From the NCBI GenBank assembly GCA_964016885.1, contig OZ024740.1, positions 154,938,001 through 155,002,000 of the forward strand: DNA of 64,000 nucleotides, given 5' to 3'. Below are positions 13,251-25,566 of this stretch, piece after piece. The stretch's first letter is position 1. Every line of letters begins with the position of its first letter. Position numbers and translations under genes: made by a program. The stretch comes from Eledone cirrhosa (taxonomy: Eukaryota). The notes below the pieces were generated by a model. It was not told the origin of the DNA. It was given only the letters and a program-made list of their open reading frames with translations, and made no database searches.

Positions 13251-14374
13251 GAAAACTCAGAAGCAGTGAGCCCAAGGATACTCCACTCTCTTCCTCCTTT
13301 TTCTGAGGGAAAAGTCCTTTGTGCCATATTAAGAGGTAAGTTTATTGATAGCACATGAAAAAAAAAACAAAATAAAGGAAAAAGATTGTTTCCCTTGAAA
13401 TTGGTGGTGTTTTTTTTTATATAATAGCATATGTGTGTGTCTTCTCCGTTTCAGAATAGGTACACTGCATCCCTTTGTGTTGTAAGAAGCAACTAAAAGG
13501 ATTAGTGCCATGAAAGGAATCTGGCTGTAAAATATTGTCTCAAAAAGACCCATTCAAACCATGCCAGCATAAAAAAAGTCGATTTAAAAACTATGATGAT
13601 GATATTAGAGGAGCAAGGAAAGAAAAATAATTGTCTTGGCAGAGAAACAGATGGTATGTTAGCTTGCCACCAGACCCTTGATTTCCCATCAACTCTCTTC
13701 TTAAATCAATATTCCTTAAGTTATTATGAAAAAACACAAGTTCGGGTTTACGAGAACCACACCTCTTCAGCATCAGAACTCCTAATGTCAAAGTAAGGAA
13801 AGTGTACTTTTATCTTATAAAAAATCATAGCGAGTTTACCATATAATGAAGTAGTGGAGCTGTAATTGTGAACTGAGATGAGAGAGAAGAGAGCATGGAG
13901 AAAAGCTGGGAGAGAGAGAGAGAGAAAGAAAGAAGACAAGAAGAGATAAAAGAAGCAGAGATGGAGGAAGAGAAAGGAACATAAGTTGGAAGAAAAAAGC
14001 AGATGTTAAATGTATGAACATATGTACACATACATACATATATCGATGGCCCTGGGGTTCTGTCTTCTTCGTTTGTATGTTTATTTTCCCCTTAAAAAAT
14101 TATTTTTCGTTTTCCGTTCGTTGTCTTGTCCTCTCTGTTAATTTTTTAAAAAGTTTTAATGTATATATATATATAAAACAAAGAGGGTGTGGTGAGATAC
14201 CAGGTAGACCATAACGCACCAGAGTACTCAATACCACGACGGCCGAGTTCGGATCAAGCTGTCGAAAAGGCCAAAGCCCAGTCGTCGGGGTCCTGACTCT
14301 TTTCCTATATATATATATATACATGTATGTATATATATATATGTATATGTATGTGTGTGTGTATTGAAAAATAG

Positions 14375-16580
14375 ATGATGGGTCTTCTGTATGACTGTGT
14401 AGCGCCAAAGATCTCGGTCCAGTGACATTGTCTTGGAGAGGTGTAAGTGTGTGAGGTCGGAATTTATCAAGTCGTCCAGGTTTTTCTGGGTCTGCCTACT
14501 CCGTGGATACCGTCTATTTTTATCGCCCTGCACTTTTTTATACAGCTGTCGTCTTTCATGCGCATCACGTGACCATACCAACGTAGTCTTCTCTTGAGTA
14601 AACAACATCTGATCCCTCTTATTCCTAATTTCTCCCTTAGTTCGTTTATGCTTTGCCGTTCACGTATATTACTATTACACATCCAGCGGAGCTTCCAAGC
14701 TTCGTTTCTCTACAGTCTGCGTATATCCTCTGCACACAATGCCCAGGTCTCACTGCCATGTAACATTGCTGTTCGTATGCAGGCATCATACAGCCTGCCT
14801 TTCATTTTTAGAGAGAACCCTTTAGCGGCCAATAGTGGTATAAGCTCTCTGAACTTTTTCCATCCCGTTCTGACTCTAGCTACTGTACTTTCAGAGCACC
14901 CTCCCCCACTGCTGATTTTGTCACCCAGGTAACGGAAGGTGTCCACTATTTCTATAGTACCATCTGTGCAATGGAATGAGCTAGTATTCTGTGGGCACTT
15001 GCTGCTACTTATTGCACCAGAGCACCGGCCACATATAAAATTTATATTCTTAGTTAGCTTACCTGTGATCCCACTACATCTTTTATGCACCCATACTTTG
15101 CATTTGGGACATAAAATGGAGTTTCTGCCTACTCCTTTCCTACACACTGAGCATGGCCATTTCCCAGATGGGACCGGTGCCCTATTTTCCTTCCTACAAA
15201 CTAGAACTTTAGTCTTAGACAAGTTAACTTTAAGGCCTTTTGATTCTAGGCCATGCTTCCATGTTTGGAATTTCTTCTCTAGTTCAGCCATTGATTCAGC
15301 TATGAGCGTTAGATCATCTGCATATAGGAGTTCCCATGGGCAGCCCGTCTTGAACTCCTCTGTTATAGCCTGAAGGGCAATAATAAATAGTAGGGGGCTA
15401 AGAATGGAGCCCTGATGAACACCAACTTTTACACTAAACTCTTCACTATATTCGTTGTTAATTCTAACCTTGCTGATTGTTTCTTTATACATGGCTTGTA
15501 TTGCTCTCACAAGCCATTCATCAACACCTAGTTTTCTAAGCGCCCACCAGATAATGGAGCGGGGGACTCTGCCAAAGGCTTTCTCCAAGTCAACAAAAGC
15601 TAAGTATAAGGGTTTACTTTTAGCTAGGTACTTCTCTTGTAGTTGTCGTACAATGAAAAGAGCGTCTGTGGTACTTTTACCTGACACAAACCCGAACTGC
15701 ATTTCATCTAGATCAATTCGTTCTCTGATTAGTTGCGCTATTACTTTTTCTGTGACCTTCATGACCTGGTCGATTAATTTAATGCCTCTATAGTTACCCC
15801 TATCAAGAGCATCTCCTTTACCCTTGTAGCAGTTAATGATGATGCTGCTACGCCAGTCCTTCAGAACGGCCCCATTCTGTATGACTTGGTTTACTATCCG
15901 GGTGACCATAGTGTGTCCCACCATTCCAGATGCTTTCAGTATTTCAGCAACTATTTCCGAAGGCCCGGCCGCCTTCATATCTTTGATTGCCTTACTTATT
16001 ATACTACCTTCAACTCGCACTGCTGGTCCCTCTATTGGATCAATGTGGGGGAGACTGTCTTTCTCCCATTTATTCTCCTCATTTAGTAGCCTTTCGTAGT
16101 GACACTTCCAAGCTACCTTCTTATCAGCGTCAGTGATGGCAAGTACACCATCATCATTACGGACACACTTCTCCCCAACAATATCACGGTTTTCCTTGAC
16201 ACATTGCCTAGCAATCCTGAACACCTTACGTTTTTGGTCCTCGCGTTGTAGAACATGCTTGAACTTTCTTTCCTCTGCTTCCCTTCTTGCGAAGTACACT
16301 TGTCTCCTAGCTTCCCTCCTGGCCACTTGATAGTCTTCTCTACTTCCCCCATCCTGCCATACTTTCCAAGCCTGCTTTTTGGCCTTAATTGACTCCTCCA
16401 CCTTACTATTCCATCACCACGTTACTCTCCTCCTGCCTATAGGCCTGCTCCAGCCACAAACTTCATCTGCCGCCTTCAGCAGGTTAGCTTTCAGAAATTC
16501 CCACTGTTCCTCTATATTGTACGACTCTAATTGCTCTTCCTTACTGACAAGTAATATGCTTTTAAATTTATTACTGAAAA
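14375..16580 (-). mobile_element. RTE-clade LINE, 5'-truncated; RT with inserted PHD finger
   Basis: ORF 14710-16401: NYRGIKL, QFGF, FVDLEKAF, GVHQGSILSPLLF, LLYADD, C4HC3 finger, FRYLG; C-terminus RRLRWYGHVMR...GRPRKTW. Confidence 0.92.
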
Positions 16581-16785
16581 TATAGTTCATGGTATTAGCT
16601 GTCAGAAGTAACTCCACTGTTGGTGAAAATGATTTGTTTTCTAATTTCGCCCTTTTTAAGGGCCACCTATGTGAACACTCCATTTACGCGTGGTAGTAAT
16701 ACGGAAATAAACGATGACAAATGACGTCACCTTCGCCTGCTTTCACGACTGACAGCTAATAGCGTTGTTGTGCCAAAAATTGAAC

Positions 16786-17350
16786 TTACACCATCATCAA
16801 GCATTGACTTCCCATTGTTGAGTCTTCAATTTGTATGGAAAATTCATAACTCCGTAGATTATGGATGAGTTGATATTTGACGTCGGTGGTCATTTTATTT
16901 ATACGTGGAGAAATTGTGTTATTACTAAGTGGAATTGTCTTGATAATTGTGACAGGTTTTTTATACATTACAGTCAAGAGAACTTCTTCAATAACAAGTC
17001 GAAGTAATGTTTTTCTTATAGTGTGGGACATACCGGCATTTGTGACCAGTAACACAATGTTGTACGACAATATCATTACATTTCTTGCTGCATAGTTGCT
17101 TTTTGAACTTCTGGGATCAATGTTTTCTGCTTTTCGAATGAGATCTTAAGTTGTGAGAAATATTACAAATGTTTTTCCTTCTAGTCAGCATGCTTAGAAT
17201 ATAAATGATACGTTAAGCATGAAGGCTCCATGGCTTCGTTGCTTAATGTTTGGTTGCACATAGATAATTGACTGCTCTGAGAAGAAGTGATAAACCCATA
17301 AGTTAAATAAACAATGTTGTATTGACGACAAATTTTCTTCAATGGTGACA
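16786..17350 (-). pseudogene. Degenerate hAT (Buster/Charlie, ZBED8-like) transposase fragment
   Basis: IKTIPLSNNTIS.RI..M...EFSIQIEDST; upstream RQY...YL.YGFI and LSNEAM.PS. Confidence 0.7.
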
Positions 17351-18085
17351 TTGGATTGCTTTAAAATCGTACACTACACAGAGAAAATAGTAGGAACAAA
17401 AGATAACAAAATTTCCATTCACAAAGTTATATTGTTACTCGAAGTTAGTTTTCAATAATCCACAAATACGAGAACACGAGAGTGTTGTGATCAATACAAT
17501 CCAATAACTTCAAATGGCTGTCTGTTTGTATGAGTATGCGCATTGAGCTGTGAGCAGGTCCCATCTTAGGATTCTCATATTTTGTGTAGCATTGTCGTCC
17601 GCGCCTTCTTTTCTATGGCATGTTGTCAGAGGTCTTAGAAGTCATCACCAGTGCCAAATTTAAGTGTGATATCTCCTCGGTCCTGCAAATTTATCCTGAG
17701 ATCATTTCTTAATTTTACTGGCAAAGTTATTTTTCTTCCCATATAAAATGTTATTTCGTTCAAAGAACTATTTGAATATTAATGACTCTTCTCAAAACTA
17801 TAGAAAATACAAAAATATTCCTTGTTTGTGGGGATGTTTATATCTTATCTAGGCATGTGGCCTAGTTATTCCTATTTAGTCTCCTGTGTTTTTTTTTTAT
17901 ATAGGTTCTTTGCATATCTCCTTTGAATATTTATTTCGGGTAGTATATGTTGAAATACTTTCTTAATACTCAAAATCCTATATCGCCCACCAAAATTTGC
18001 AATCACCCCCAGTTTTCTGTTCAGTAGCTCATCGCCCACCCAGTAGTTCATATTGCCCAGGTTTGGAAATCCTGCTTTACTTATG

Positions 18086-18366
18086 TGTAGTTAGAAAAAG
18101 CTATCTCACTTACCGCTTTTCACAGGCGCCGCTAAATTCCACTGCAGGTACTTCTCTTCCACGTGCGTCCGACTGCTTAACACCGGGAGCTGCCCAAAAC
18201 TCGCGTCCACACCGTGTGCTGGTCACCACTAGAGAGAGGCCCTCTGCTGGCCCTTCCGGTCGAGCATCCTTCCGGCCAAAAACCCCTTCCGGTCGAGCAC
18301 TCAAAAACCCCTTCCGGTCGAGCACTCCCCTCGCCTCCGGCCACCGCACGCCACACCATACCCACA
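18086..18366 (-). repeat. 3' LTR (281 bp, contains an extra ~26-bp internal repeat)
   Basis: TGTAGTTAG...TACCCACA, near-identical to 21824-22078. Confidence 0.92.
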
Positions 18367-18379
18367 CGCCCCCCTGATC

Positions 18380-19324
18380 TCAAGGATCAATTTCCCCCTC
18401 GTCCCTCTGCATATGAAAGTCTGCTGTCCAGGTCGGTGGTCTACGACTTCGTTGCGATCTTCGTAGTATTGGGGCAGAGCTCTGGGTTTCCACCTCATCT
18501 TGCGTTTCCTCTTCCTCGGAGTCCGTCGACACAGTGATTCTTCTTACATCCAGGACATGACGTGGTACCCCGTCCACGGACACATTGTTCTTTGAATTTA
18601 CGGCCGTCACCGTTCCCCTTCCCCATTGAGATGTGCAACGTGCATCTGGGGGCTTAACCCAGACTTCTTCGCCCACCTGCACGAATGCACTCTCTCTCCC
18701 CACTAGCCATTGTGGCACCGGTTCCTCGACCTGTCCAACCCGAGGGGACATATTGTACCAGAACACTGCCTCCATTGGTGAGATATGGCCCCGCTCCGCC
18801 ATTGCCTTGATCGTCCGGTGGTGTTGCTCCACGATTCCATTCCCGCTCGGCCTGTGCGCCGCTCTGAAGAAACGGTCCACCTTCCATCCATCGAGCATCT
18901 CCCTCAGTGCCTCCGAGCAGAACGCTGCGCTGTTGTCCATCAGCAGTTCATCCACAGGGCCCCGCTCCAAGAACACCTCTCTCAATGTCCGCACGATTTC
19001 CTCGACCGTTCCAGTCTTCATCTCCCTCCATATCGCCATTCGACCTGGTCCACAGTCGACCATCGAGAGGTACGTTCCATGCCGGTAGTGCATCACATCC
19101 ACCGCTAATCGCTTCCAGTCGCGATCCACCGGGAGGCTTCCCGTTTCGTGTACACCCGGGGCGGGATCAATGGACTGACATCGGACGCAGCCTCTAACTA
19201 CCCCCCGAACACTGTGTCTGCTAACGTCCGAGTCGATTCTCCTGGCTAGGAACAGACTCCTATCCACCCCCATGTGGTGCATGTCATGCAACCCCTTCAG
19301 GTCTAACTCGGTCAGCCGACACAC
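18380..19324 (-). CDS. Gypsy integrase (HHCC + DDE), separated from RNase H by a lesion
   Basis: H...HMG...CVRC; LAVDV; MDNSAAF; GNGIVEQHHRTIK. Confidence 0.88.
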   Translation of the reverse strand: MCRLTELDLKGLHDMHHMGVDRSLFLARRIDSDVSRHSVRGVVRGCVRCQSIDPAPGVHETGSLPVDRDWKRLAVDVMHYRHGTYLSMVDCGPGRMAIWREMKTGTVEEIVRTLREVFLERGPVDELLMDNSAAFCSEALREMLDGWKVDRFFRAAHRPSGNGIVEQHHRTIKAMAERGHISPMEAVFWYNMSPRVGQVEEPVPQWLVGRESAFVQVGEEVWVKPPDARCTSQWGRGTVTAVNSKNNVSVDGVPRHVLDVRRITVSTDSEEEETQDEVETQSSAPILRRSQRSRRPPTWTADFHMQRDEGEIDP

Positions 19325-19341
19325 GGCAGCTATCTCATCCT

Positions 19342-20978
19342 CTACCTCCTCCGGCGCACTCTCTTCTCACTGGTGAGCACTGATCTTACCCATCCGAGTA
19401 CAGTAGCCGAGTCGGTGCGTATCTCGATGGTGCGCAGCCCCCACCGCAGGGCGAGGTTCACCCCTCTCAACACCGCGTCCAGCTCGGCCACATTGATGTG
19501 GCTGCAGTCGTCCTTCTTTCTAAGCCAGGCTGCATCCTCGACTTCAACACCTCCTATCTCCAACGTGACACCCAGCGCTATGCTGCTGGCATCGCACCAT
19601 ACAGTCCCGCTCTGTGATTTGGTAACGTACCAGCGTCCCCGCACTGGGTCGTCGGCCTTCACCCTCTCCATGATCTCCTGCATCATGGCCACCGTTCTCT
19701 CTCCCACTCTGTCACCCCTCCCGCTCGTCTCTTGACATAGCTGCATGCCGTCCGGAGCCACCCAGCGATCGGGTAGTGACCCACCAGCTTTCCACACACC
19801 GAGAAAAGCTCCCGCCTATTCATACTTGGGCCCAGTTCCGGAACTTCGTTTCCCCTCTGGAACACCAAAACGCCCGTCTTATCTCGCCGTAGCCTAAGTC
19901 CCAGCGCGGCTCCTCCCTCCAATGTTTCTGATGGCTTCGCAGTCAGTCCATACCTCCGCAAATGGCTCGTGACCTCCGCCATCGACACCACCGACTCGTC
20001 CACTAGGATGTCGTCAATATAGGAGTTAGTAGCCCTCTTTATCTTGTCGGCCCTCCCCAGAGCGGTCTTGAGGACCGCCGCCATGATCTTCGGTGCGGAG
20101 CTCAGCCCGAAACCGAGCCTGGTCAGGCAATATGTCCGGCCCTTATACCTGACCAGCTGATACCGCCAGAGCTTCTCATCTATATGCAACTGCAAGTAAG
20201 CCGACTTTAGATCCACGATCGCTGAACCCCCCATCATGCGTCTCCACTCACGCAGGGTTTCCCCACAGACATCCGTGACCTCGCCACCCGTGTGGCATGA
20301 CACGTGCTCGTTCAGCTCCCGATAGTCCAGCACCGGCCTCACCTTGCTCTTCGTGGGTTGCACCACCGCCATCAACGGCAATACTCCGCACTTCACCTCC
20401 TCCTTCCAGGGAAGCAGTATGCCCTCTTCGATCCATCTCTCTACTTCTCGCTCGAACTCGCTCCTAGCGTTTCCCTTCAATGTGTGTTGATAGCAGCCCA
20501 CTTTGGTCTTCAGTGTTGGTGGTTCTCCCATCCAGTACCACTCAACAACCCATCGCTGCCCATCAAACACGGCCTTGAAGTCTTTGTCCTGTACAGTGTA
20601 AGCGGGGTATTCCTCCTCGTGGGCCTTCTGGTTCTCATGACGTGCACTCACAGCGCATACCGATGCAGCGGCGCCGAACGACACACAGACATTGTTCACC
20701 GTGACGCCCCCTAGACGGCCAATCGCGTCCATGCCCATAACCACGCCGATCCCATCCACCACACTGTCTACCACGATGGCAGAAAGCCTTATCGTCCTTC
20801 CCCGTACCGCTATTTCCATCTCGCTGCGACCTCGGCATTCAATTTTCCTGCCGTCGACTGCCCTTACGCTGCTCTTCCCTCCCCACCTTTGCACCACCCA
20901 CGCAGTCACCAGTGTCGTCGTACAGCCCGTATCCACGAGGGCTCGCTGTGGCTTCCCCTTCACGAAAACGTCCACCAC
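19342..20978 (-). CDS. Gypsy pol: aspartic protease, RT, RNase H (frameshift near 19710)
   Basis: LVDTG; VRPVLDYRELN; DLKSAYLQ; LGFGLSSAP; YIDDIL; WCDAS; HINVAELDAV; TDS. Confidence 0.9.
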
Positions 20979-20989
20979 GGGCAGCGCCG

Positions 20990-21751
20990 CTACTCGTAAG
21001 GGGCAACTACCGGCGCAGTAGTTCCCCTTGGATCGTTTCCCTGGTCGCAGTTAGTAGCGATGTGGCCTGGTCGCTTACACCGGTAGCAAATTATCTCCGG
21101 CTTCGACTCTCTACAGTCTCTAGCCATATGCGGGCCCTGGCACCTAAAACAGCGCCCCCTAAACTCACGCGGACGGCCGCGTGCCGAGGTTGCCTCCCTT
21201 TCACCATTTCGCTGCCAGGTGTCCTGAGCCTCCGTAGTCGCTATCGCCGCAACACTCTTTTTGGCATCTTCCGCTATGATCCGGGCTTGTTCCACCAGTG
21301 AACGCATTTCCATCTCTTTATACCCCGGGACTTGCTGCAGTTTCACCGCTATGTCGTCCGGAAATCCATTGATGAACGCCAACCGCACCGTGCGTTCGCA
21401 TTCCGCCTGGTAACCGGCCAACATAGCCAACCGCCTTATTTCCGCTGCGAAAATGTCGACGCGCTCACCATTCCACCTGATTCTCGCCAGCTTAGCAAAA
21501 GCCGCCAACGGTCCTTCAGCGAATGCATCCATCAGACGCCTCTCAATCTTCTGCACATCTCTTTGGCTGTGCTCGTCCAACTCAAGGAAGAGTACCAGCG
21601 CGTCGCCCTCGAGGTACAATGCCATAAGGCCGGCCACGTCTTCTATCTTCTGCAAGCTTGCGACTAGCCGAACCTTCCGCAGCCAAGCGACAACATCACC
21701 TTCCCCGGTGAATGCCCTGATAGCTTCGTTCATCTGTAGTCTTGTCGCCAT
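20990..21751 (-). CDS. gag: Gag with two CCHC zinc knuckles
   Basis: CFRCQGPHMARDC and CYRCKRPGHIATNC. Confidence 0.9.
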   Translation of the reverse strand: MATRLQMNEAIRAFTGEGDVVAWLRKVRLVASLQKIEDVAGLMALYLEGDALVLFLELDEHSQRDVQKIERRLMDAFAEGPLAAFAKLARIRWNGERVDIFAAEIRRLAMLAGYQAECERTVRLAFINGFPDDIAVKLQQVPGYKEMEMRSLVEQARIIAEDAKKSVAAIATTEAQDTWQRNGEREATSARGRPREFRGRCFRCQGPHMARDCRESKPEIICYRCKRPGHIATNCDQGNDPRGTTAPVVAPYE

Positions 21752-21823
21752 CTTCTGATTTGTTTTGCGGCGAGTGTTTTCTTTTTTTTTTTTTTTTTTT
21801 TTTTTTCAGTCGCCGAAATAGCT

Positions 21824-22078
21824 TGTAGTTAGAAAAAGCTATCTCACTTACCGCTTTTCACAGGCGCCGCTAAATTCCACTGCAGGTACTCCTCTTCCAC
21901 GTGCGTCCGACTGCTTAACACCGGGAGCTGCCCAAAACTCGCGTCCACACCGTGTGCTGGTCACCACTAGAGAGAGACCCTCTGCTGGCCCTTCCGGTCG
22001 AGCATCCTTCCGGCCAAAAACCCTTCCGGTCGAGCACTCCCCCCGCCTCCGGCCACCGCACGCCACACCATACCCACA
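21824..22078 (-). repeat. 5' LTR (255 bp)
   Basis: Direct repeat of 18086-18366. Confidence 0.92.
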
Positions 22079-22689
22079 GAATAGCAAAAGAACGCAGAAA
22101 ATCGGTTAAAGCTTTTGGTATTGATGATAAACGGTAGTTATAATTGTTTAGCAGAAATATCTTCAAAATATGTTTTTTGGTTGTGAGAAGGATCCTTAAT
22201 GAAGATTAGGTTGTAAGGCTGCGTGTTTAGAGTTTCATGGTGAGGAAAGGATCAAATAAGTAAGCACAGCGAGGAAATATAAAAAAAAAGGTTTATTTTT
22301 CTCCGTAAAATATTACAATAGAATGTTAGGCGGCAGTGTGGCAGGGGGCCCTATTTTGGAGTTATGTCGTCTTCTGTTTATAGTCATGGACTTGTTATCC
22401 TTTTTTTTTTTTTTTTTTTTCAGTTCACCTGCTTTTTTGAAGAGATCGGTGACATTTCGCTGATTGTCGACACAGTGCTTTATTAGTTATATATTAAATA
22501 ACGTTACAAATGGGAGTGAAAATATAAACACATATGATATATACAAAGCATATAAATAAATTTATAGTAGAATAACATAACAAATATGTTTCAAATATAT
22601 ACACAAATAACATTACAATTGCTTAAATAACATTATAAATTGCTCGTGATTCTTTCAGGAGATATTCCTTTAATGTTGCGATATTAAAG

Positions 22690-22975
22690 AAAATATAAAG
22701 GAAGGGGTGGACACCGAGCCACCACCAGAGCAAAAGACAGCAGCATCGCGGGGAGTACTGGGCAACCTCTCTAATGATTTTTGAGGCAAGCCAGCACACT
22801 CGCAGTATTGCCTCGGCTGATGCGCTGGAACAACCAAGCGCCCTACCGAGATTCGCCAGTTACCTCTAATAGGTGAGCTGCCAGTGAAGAGAGGAAACTC
22901 GCAGTCAGCAGTCTCCCACACCCCAAACGTCTCGAAAGCCACAGGCTGGAAAATGTAGCTGGCCGAGAGTGTGGT
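22690..22975 (-). mobile_element. CRE-family 3' fragment
   Basis: YIFQPVAFETFG, homologous to 6100-6370. Confidence 0.75.
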
Positions 22976-23316
22976 ATATATCTAGGTAGGATGTTGCTGG
23001 GCCCTTGTCGAGGGGGCCAAAGTTCCTTGGTAAATGTTTCATCTTGCCAGTTGCTCCAGGGAACGCCATTAGTAACATCTTGTCTCTATGAAAATGAAGC
23101 TGCAACTGTTTTGAAGGGAAAAGAAAGGCGCGAGCAACTGCTGAGTGGAAGTTGACTTTTTGGTATTCATACATCGCCAAGCCTGTGGGCTGGCGAGTGA
23201 CAAAGTACAACCCAATCATTCCGCCGCGATATGGTAGTGCCATTGCTTACTACAATTGTAACATGATTATAAACTGTACTATTAGATATACAGTTTGTGT
23301 GAATTTTTGTCTGTAT

Positions 23317-23352
<36 letters not shown>

Positions 23353-23363
23353 CACACACACAC

Positions 23364-23655
23364 GCATGACTTAGTGGTTAGAGCATTGGGCTTGCAATTG
23401 GAAGGTTGTGAGCTCGATTCTTGGACCGGGTGATGCGCTGTGTCCTTGAGCAAGACACTTTATATTACGTTGCTTCAGTTTACTCAGCTGCAGAAATGTC
23501 AAGCCTCTCCCTTGGCCATCATCGGTGGCATGGAGAGGGGAGGCTGGTATGCATGGGCGACTGCTGGTCTTCCACAAATAACATTGCCTGGACTTGTGCT
23601 TCGGAGGGAAACTTTCTAGGTGCAAATCCAATGGTCATTTGTGACCGAAGGGAGT
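23364..23655 (+). mobile_element. tRNA-derived SINE family B (CORE-like domain)
   Basis: TAGTGGTTAGAGC head, B-box-like GAGCTCGATTC, then GTGTCCTTGAGCAAGACACTT; shares its 5' part with 50218-50360. Confidence 0.75.
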
Positions 23656-23932
23656 CTTTATCCTATATAACGACCAGTTCACGTGTAGGTCATGTTTACG
23701 GCCCCACTCGATCTTTCACTAGCTGGCTGAAGGCAATGTATTTACCTGCTATGGGACTATATGTCCTATATAAGGGAAAATGCTTTCTGAAGAGCCGATC
23801 TTTCCATTGGAAGTCCCTTGGATTTCAAATCTCTTGTGAGGCGAAACCGTCGGTAAAAGCAATATGGATAGGTAATTGTATTTTGATTTTATTTTGAAAG
23901 ATTGTTTAAATTTTGCTTGTTCCACTCATCTC

Positions 23933-23935
<3 letters not shown>

Positions 23936-24008
<73 letters not shown>
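23936..24008. repeat. (TA)n microsatellite, left flank of the PLE
   Basis: Direct reading. Confidence 0.95.
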
Positions 24009-24012
<4 letters not shown>

Positions 24013-24163
24013 ATACTTTGGGAGGGTCATGTTGCCAATAAGAAACACACGCACCAGTTGCTTTCACTTCAATTTAATTTAATATATATTTATAAATTTA
24101 CAAATTTATAAATTTCTGGTTGGTTGGTTGGTTCCACAACCAGATAGTTGTTTATATATATAT

Positions 24164-24208
24164 AGTCATAGTTCTTTCGTCACACACTCTGTGACCTCTT
24201 CAGTGACT
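24164..24208 (-). ncRNA. Minimal type I hammerhead ribozyme in the inverted pLTR
   Basis: Reverse complement of 25567-25611. Confidence 0.75.
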
Positions 24209-24488
24209 GGGGATTTCTTTCTTCGTTTCTGTGCCTTTCCTTTCTTCTATCCTACGCCATTTTGTTTGTGTGTGGGTTGCGTGCTCAGTTTGCGCATGCG
24301 CCACATCCGGGTGTCTGTGTGTGTTTGTGTTCATTTTTCTATTTTTCTATTTATATTTGTTTGTTTATTTATTTATTTATTGTTGGTTGGTTGTTTGTTC
24401 TATGTGTGTGTGTGTTTTCATTTTGTCTTGTGTGTGTTTTCAATTGTAAGTTGTTTGTTCTATGTGTGTGTGTGTTTTCATTTTGTCC

Positions 24489-25294
24489 TTAATTGTAAGT
24501 TGTGATGTTGCTGTTCCACTCATATTTTCTATTTAATTTTGGTTTTAATTCTTTTATGCTTACTGCCTCTGTAATTTGCCTAAACATTGCGTCTTTCTTG
24601 TGTGTGGATTCTATTTTTATTTCTATGCTCTCTAATTTACCCCTGTGTTCTATCTTAGCATGTTGGTAGAGCACAGATGATTCTTTACTATCTTGGAGGT
24701 CTCGCCAGTGTTCATTTATTCGTTCCCCTATACTACGAGCTGTCTCACCTATGTACACTATATTTTTGTTTCTACATTGTCCCTCAGTACATCTTATGCT
24801 ATATACTACATTTCTAGTTTTACAGTTAATATGGGGGCTTATTTTACAGGTTATACATTTCTTATCTATACATGAGGGTCTTTGGAACGGGTATGTCTTG
24901 CTAATAAGTGTTTTTACGGAGGTACCAGGTCTTTCTACTATCTTAATATTGAGATTATGTTTCTTTAGGGCCCTTCTAAATTTGTAGGCTAGTTCGCCTC
25001 TAGGGGTTGTATTGATGAACATTACACTCTGGTATTTATTGCTATCATACCATGAGTTTATTCTATTGGCCTTGTTCTTAGTTCTTTCTATTCTATTCCA
25101 AAATTTGCTCCTATACAAGGGGCAGGTCCCATTTATGTCATTATTTACCATTTTTTCCCATTTGGTTCTGGCTCCTTTATACACTCTGATTCTATCTCTC
25201 TGATTGTAGCCAGAGAACTGCATACGGTGGATGAAGTGTTGTATGTGTCTCTCTAGTTCTTCGGGGTTGCACATGCGGGACACATTTCTCATCA
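24489..25294 (-). pseudogene. Inverted, 5'-truncated copy of the PLE thumb-end/GIY-YIG region
   Basis: Translation identical to the C-terminus of the 25721-29551 ORF from MRNVSRMC onward. Confidence 0.92.
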
Positions 25295-25566
25295 TGAAAA
25301 CACACACACACATAGAACAAACAACTTACAATTGAAAACACACACAAGACAAAATGAAAACACACACACACATAGAACAAACAACCAACCAACAATAAAT
25401 AAATAAATAAACAAACAAATATAAATAGAAAAATAGAAAAATGAACACAAACACACACAGACACCCGGATGTGGCGCATGCGCAAACTGAGCACGCAACC
25501 CACACACAAACAAAATGGCGTAGGATAGAAGAAAGGAAAGGCACAGAAACGAAGAAAGAAATCCCC

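Larger units (their letters stand above)
18086..22078 (-). mobile_element. Ty3/Gypsy LTR retrotransposon, ~4.0 kb, young but frameshifted
   Basis: TG...CA LTRs at 18086-18366 and 21824-22078; domain order gag-PR-RT-RH-IN; polypurine tract next to the 3' LTR. Confidence 0.95.

Noticed and set aside
13255-13800. Possible host exons ending in GTAAG donors
   Set aside because: No recognisable protein similarity or clear acceptors
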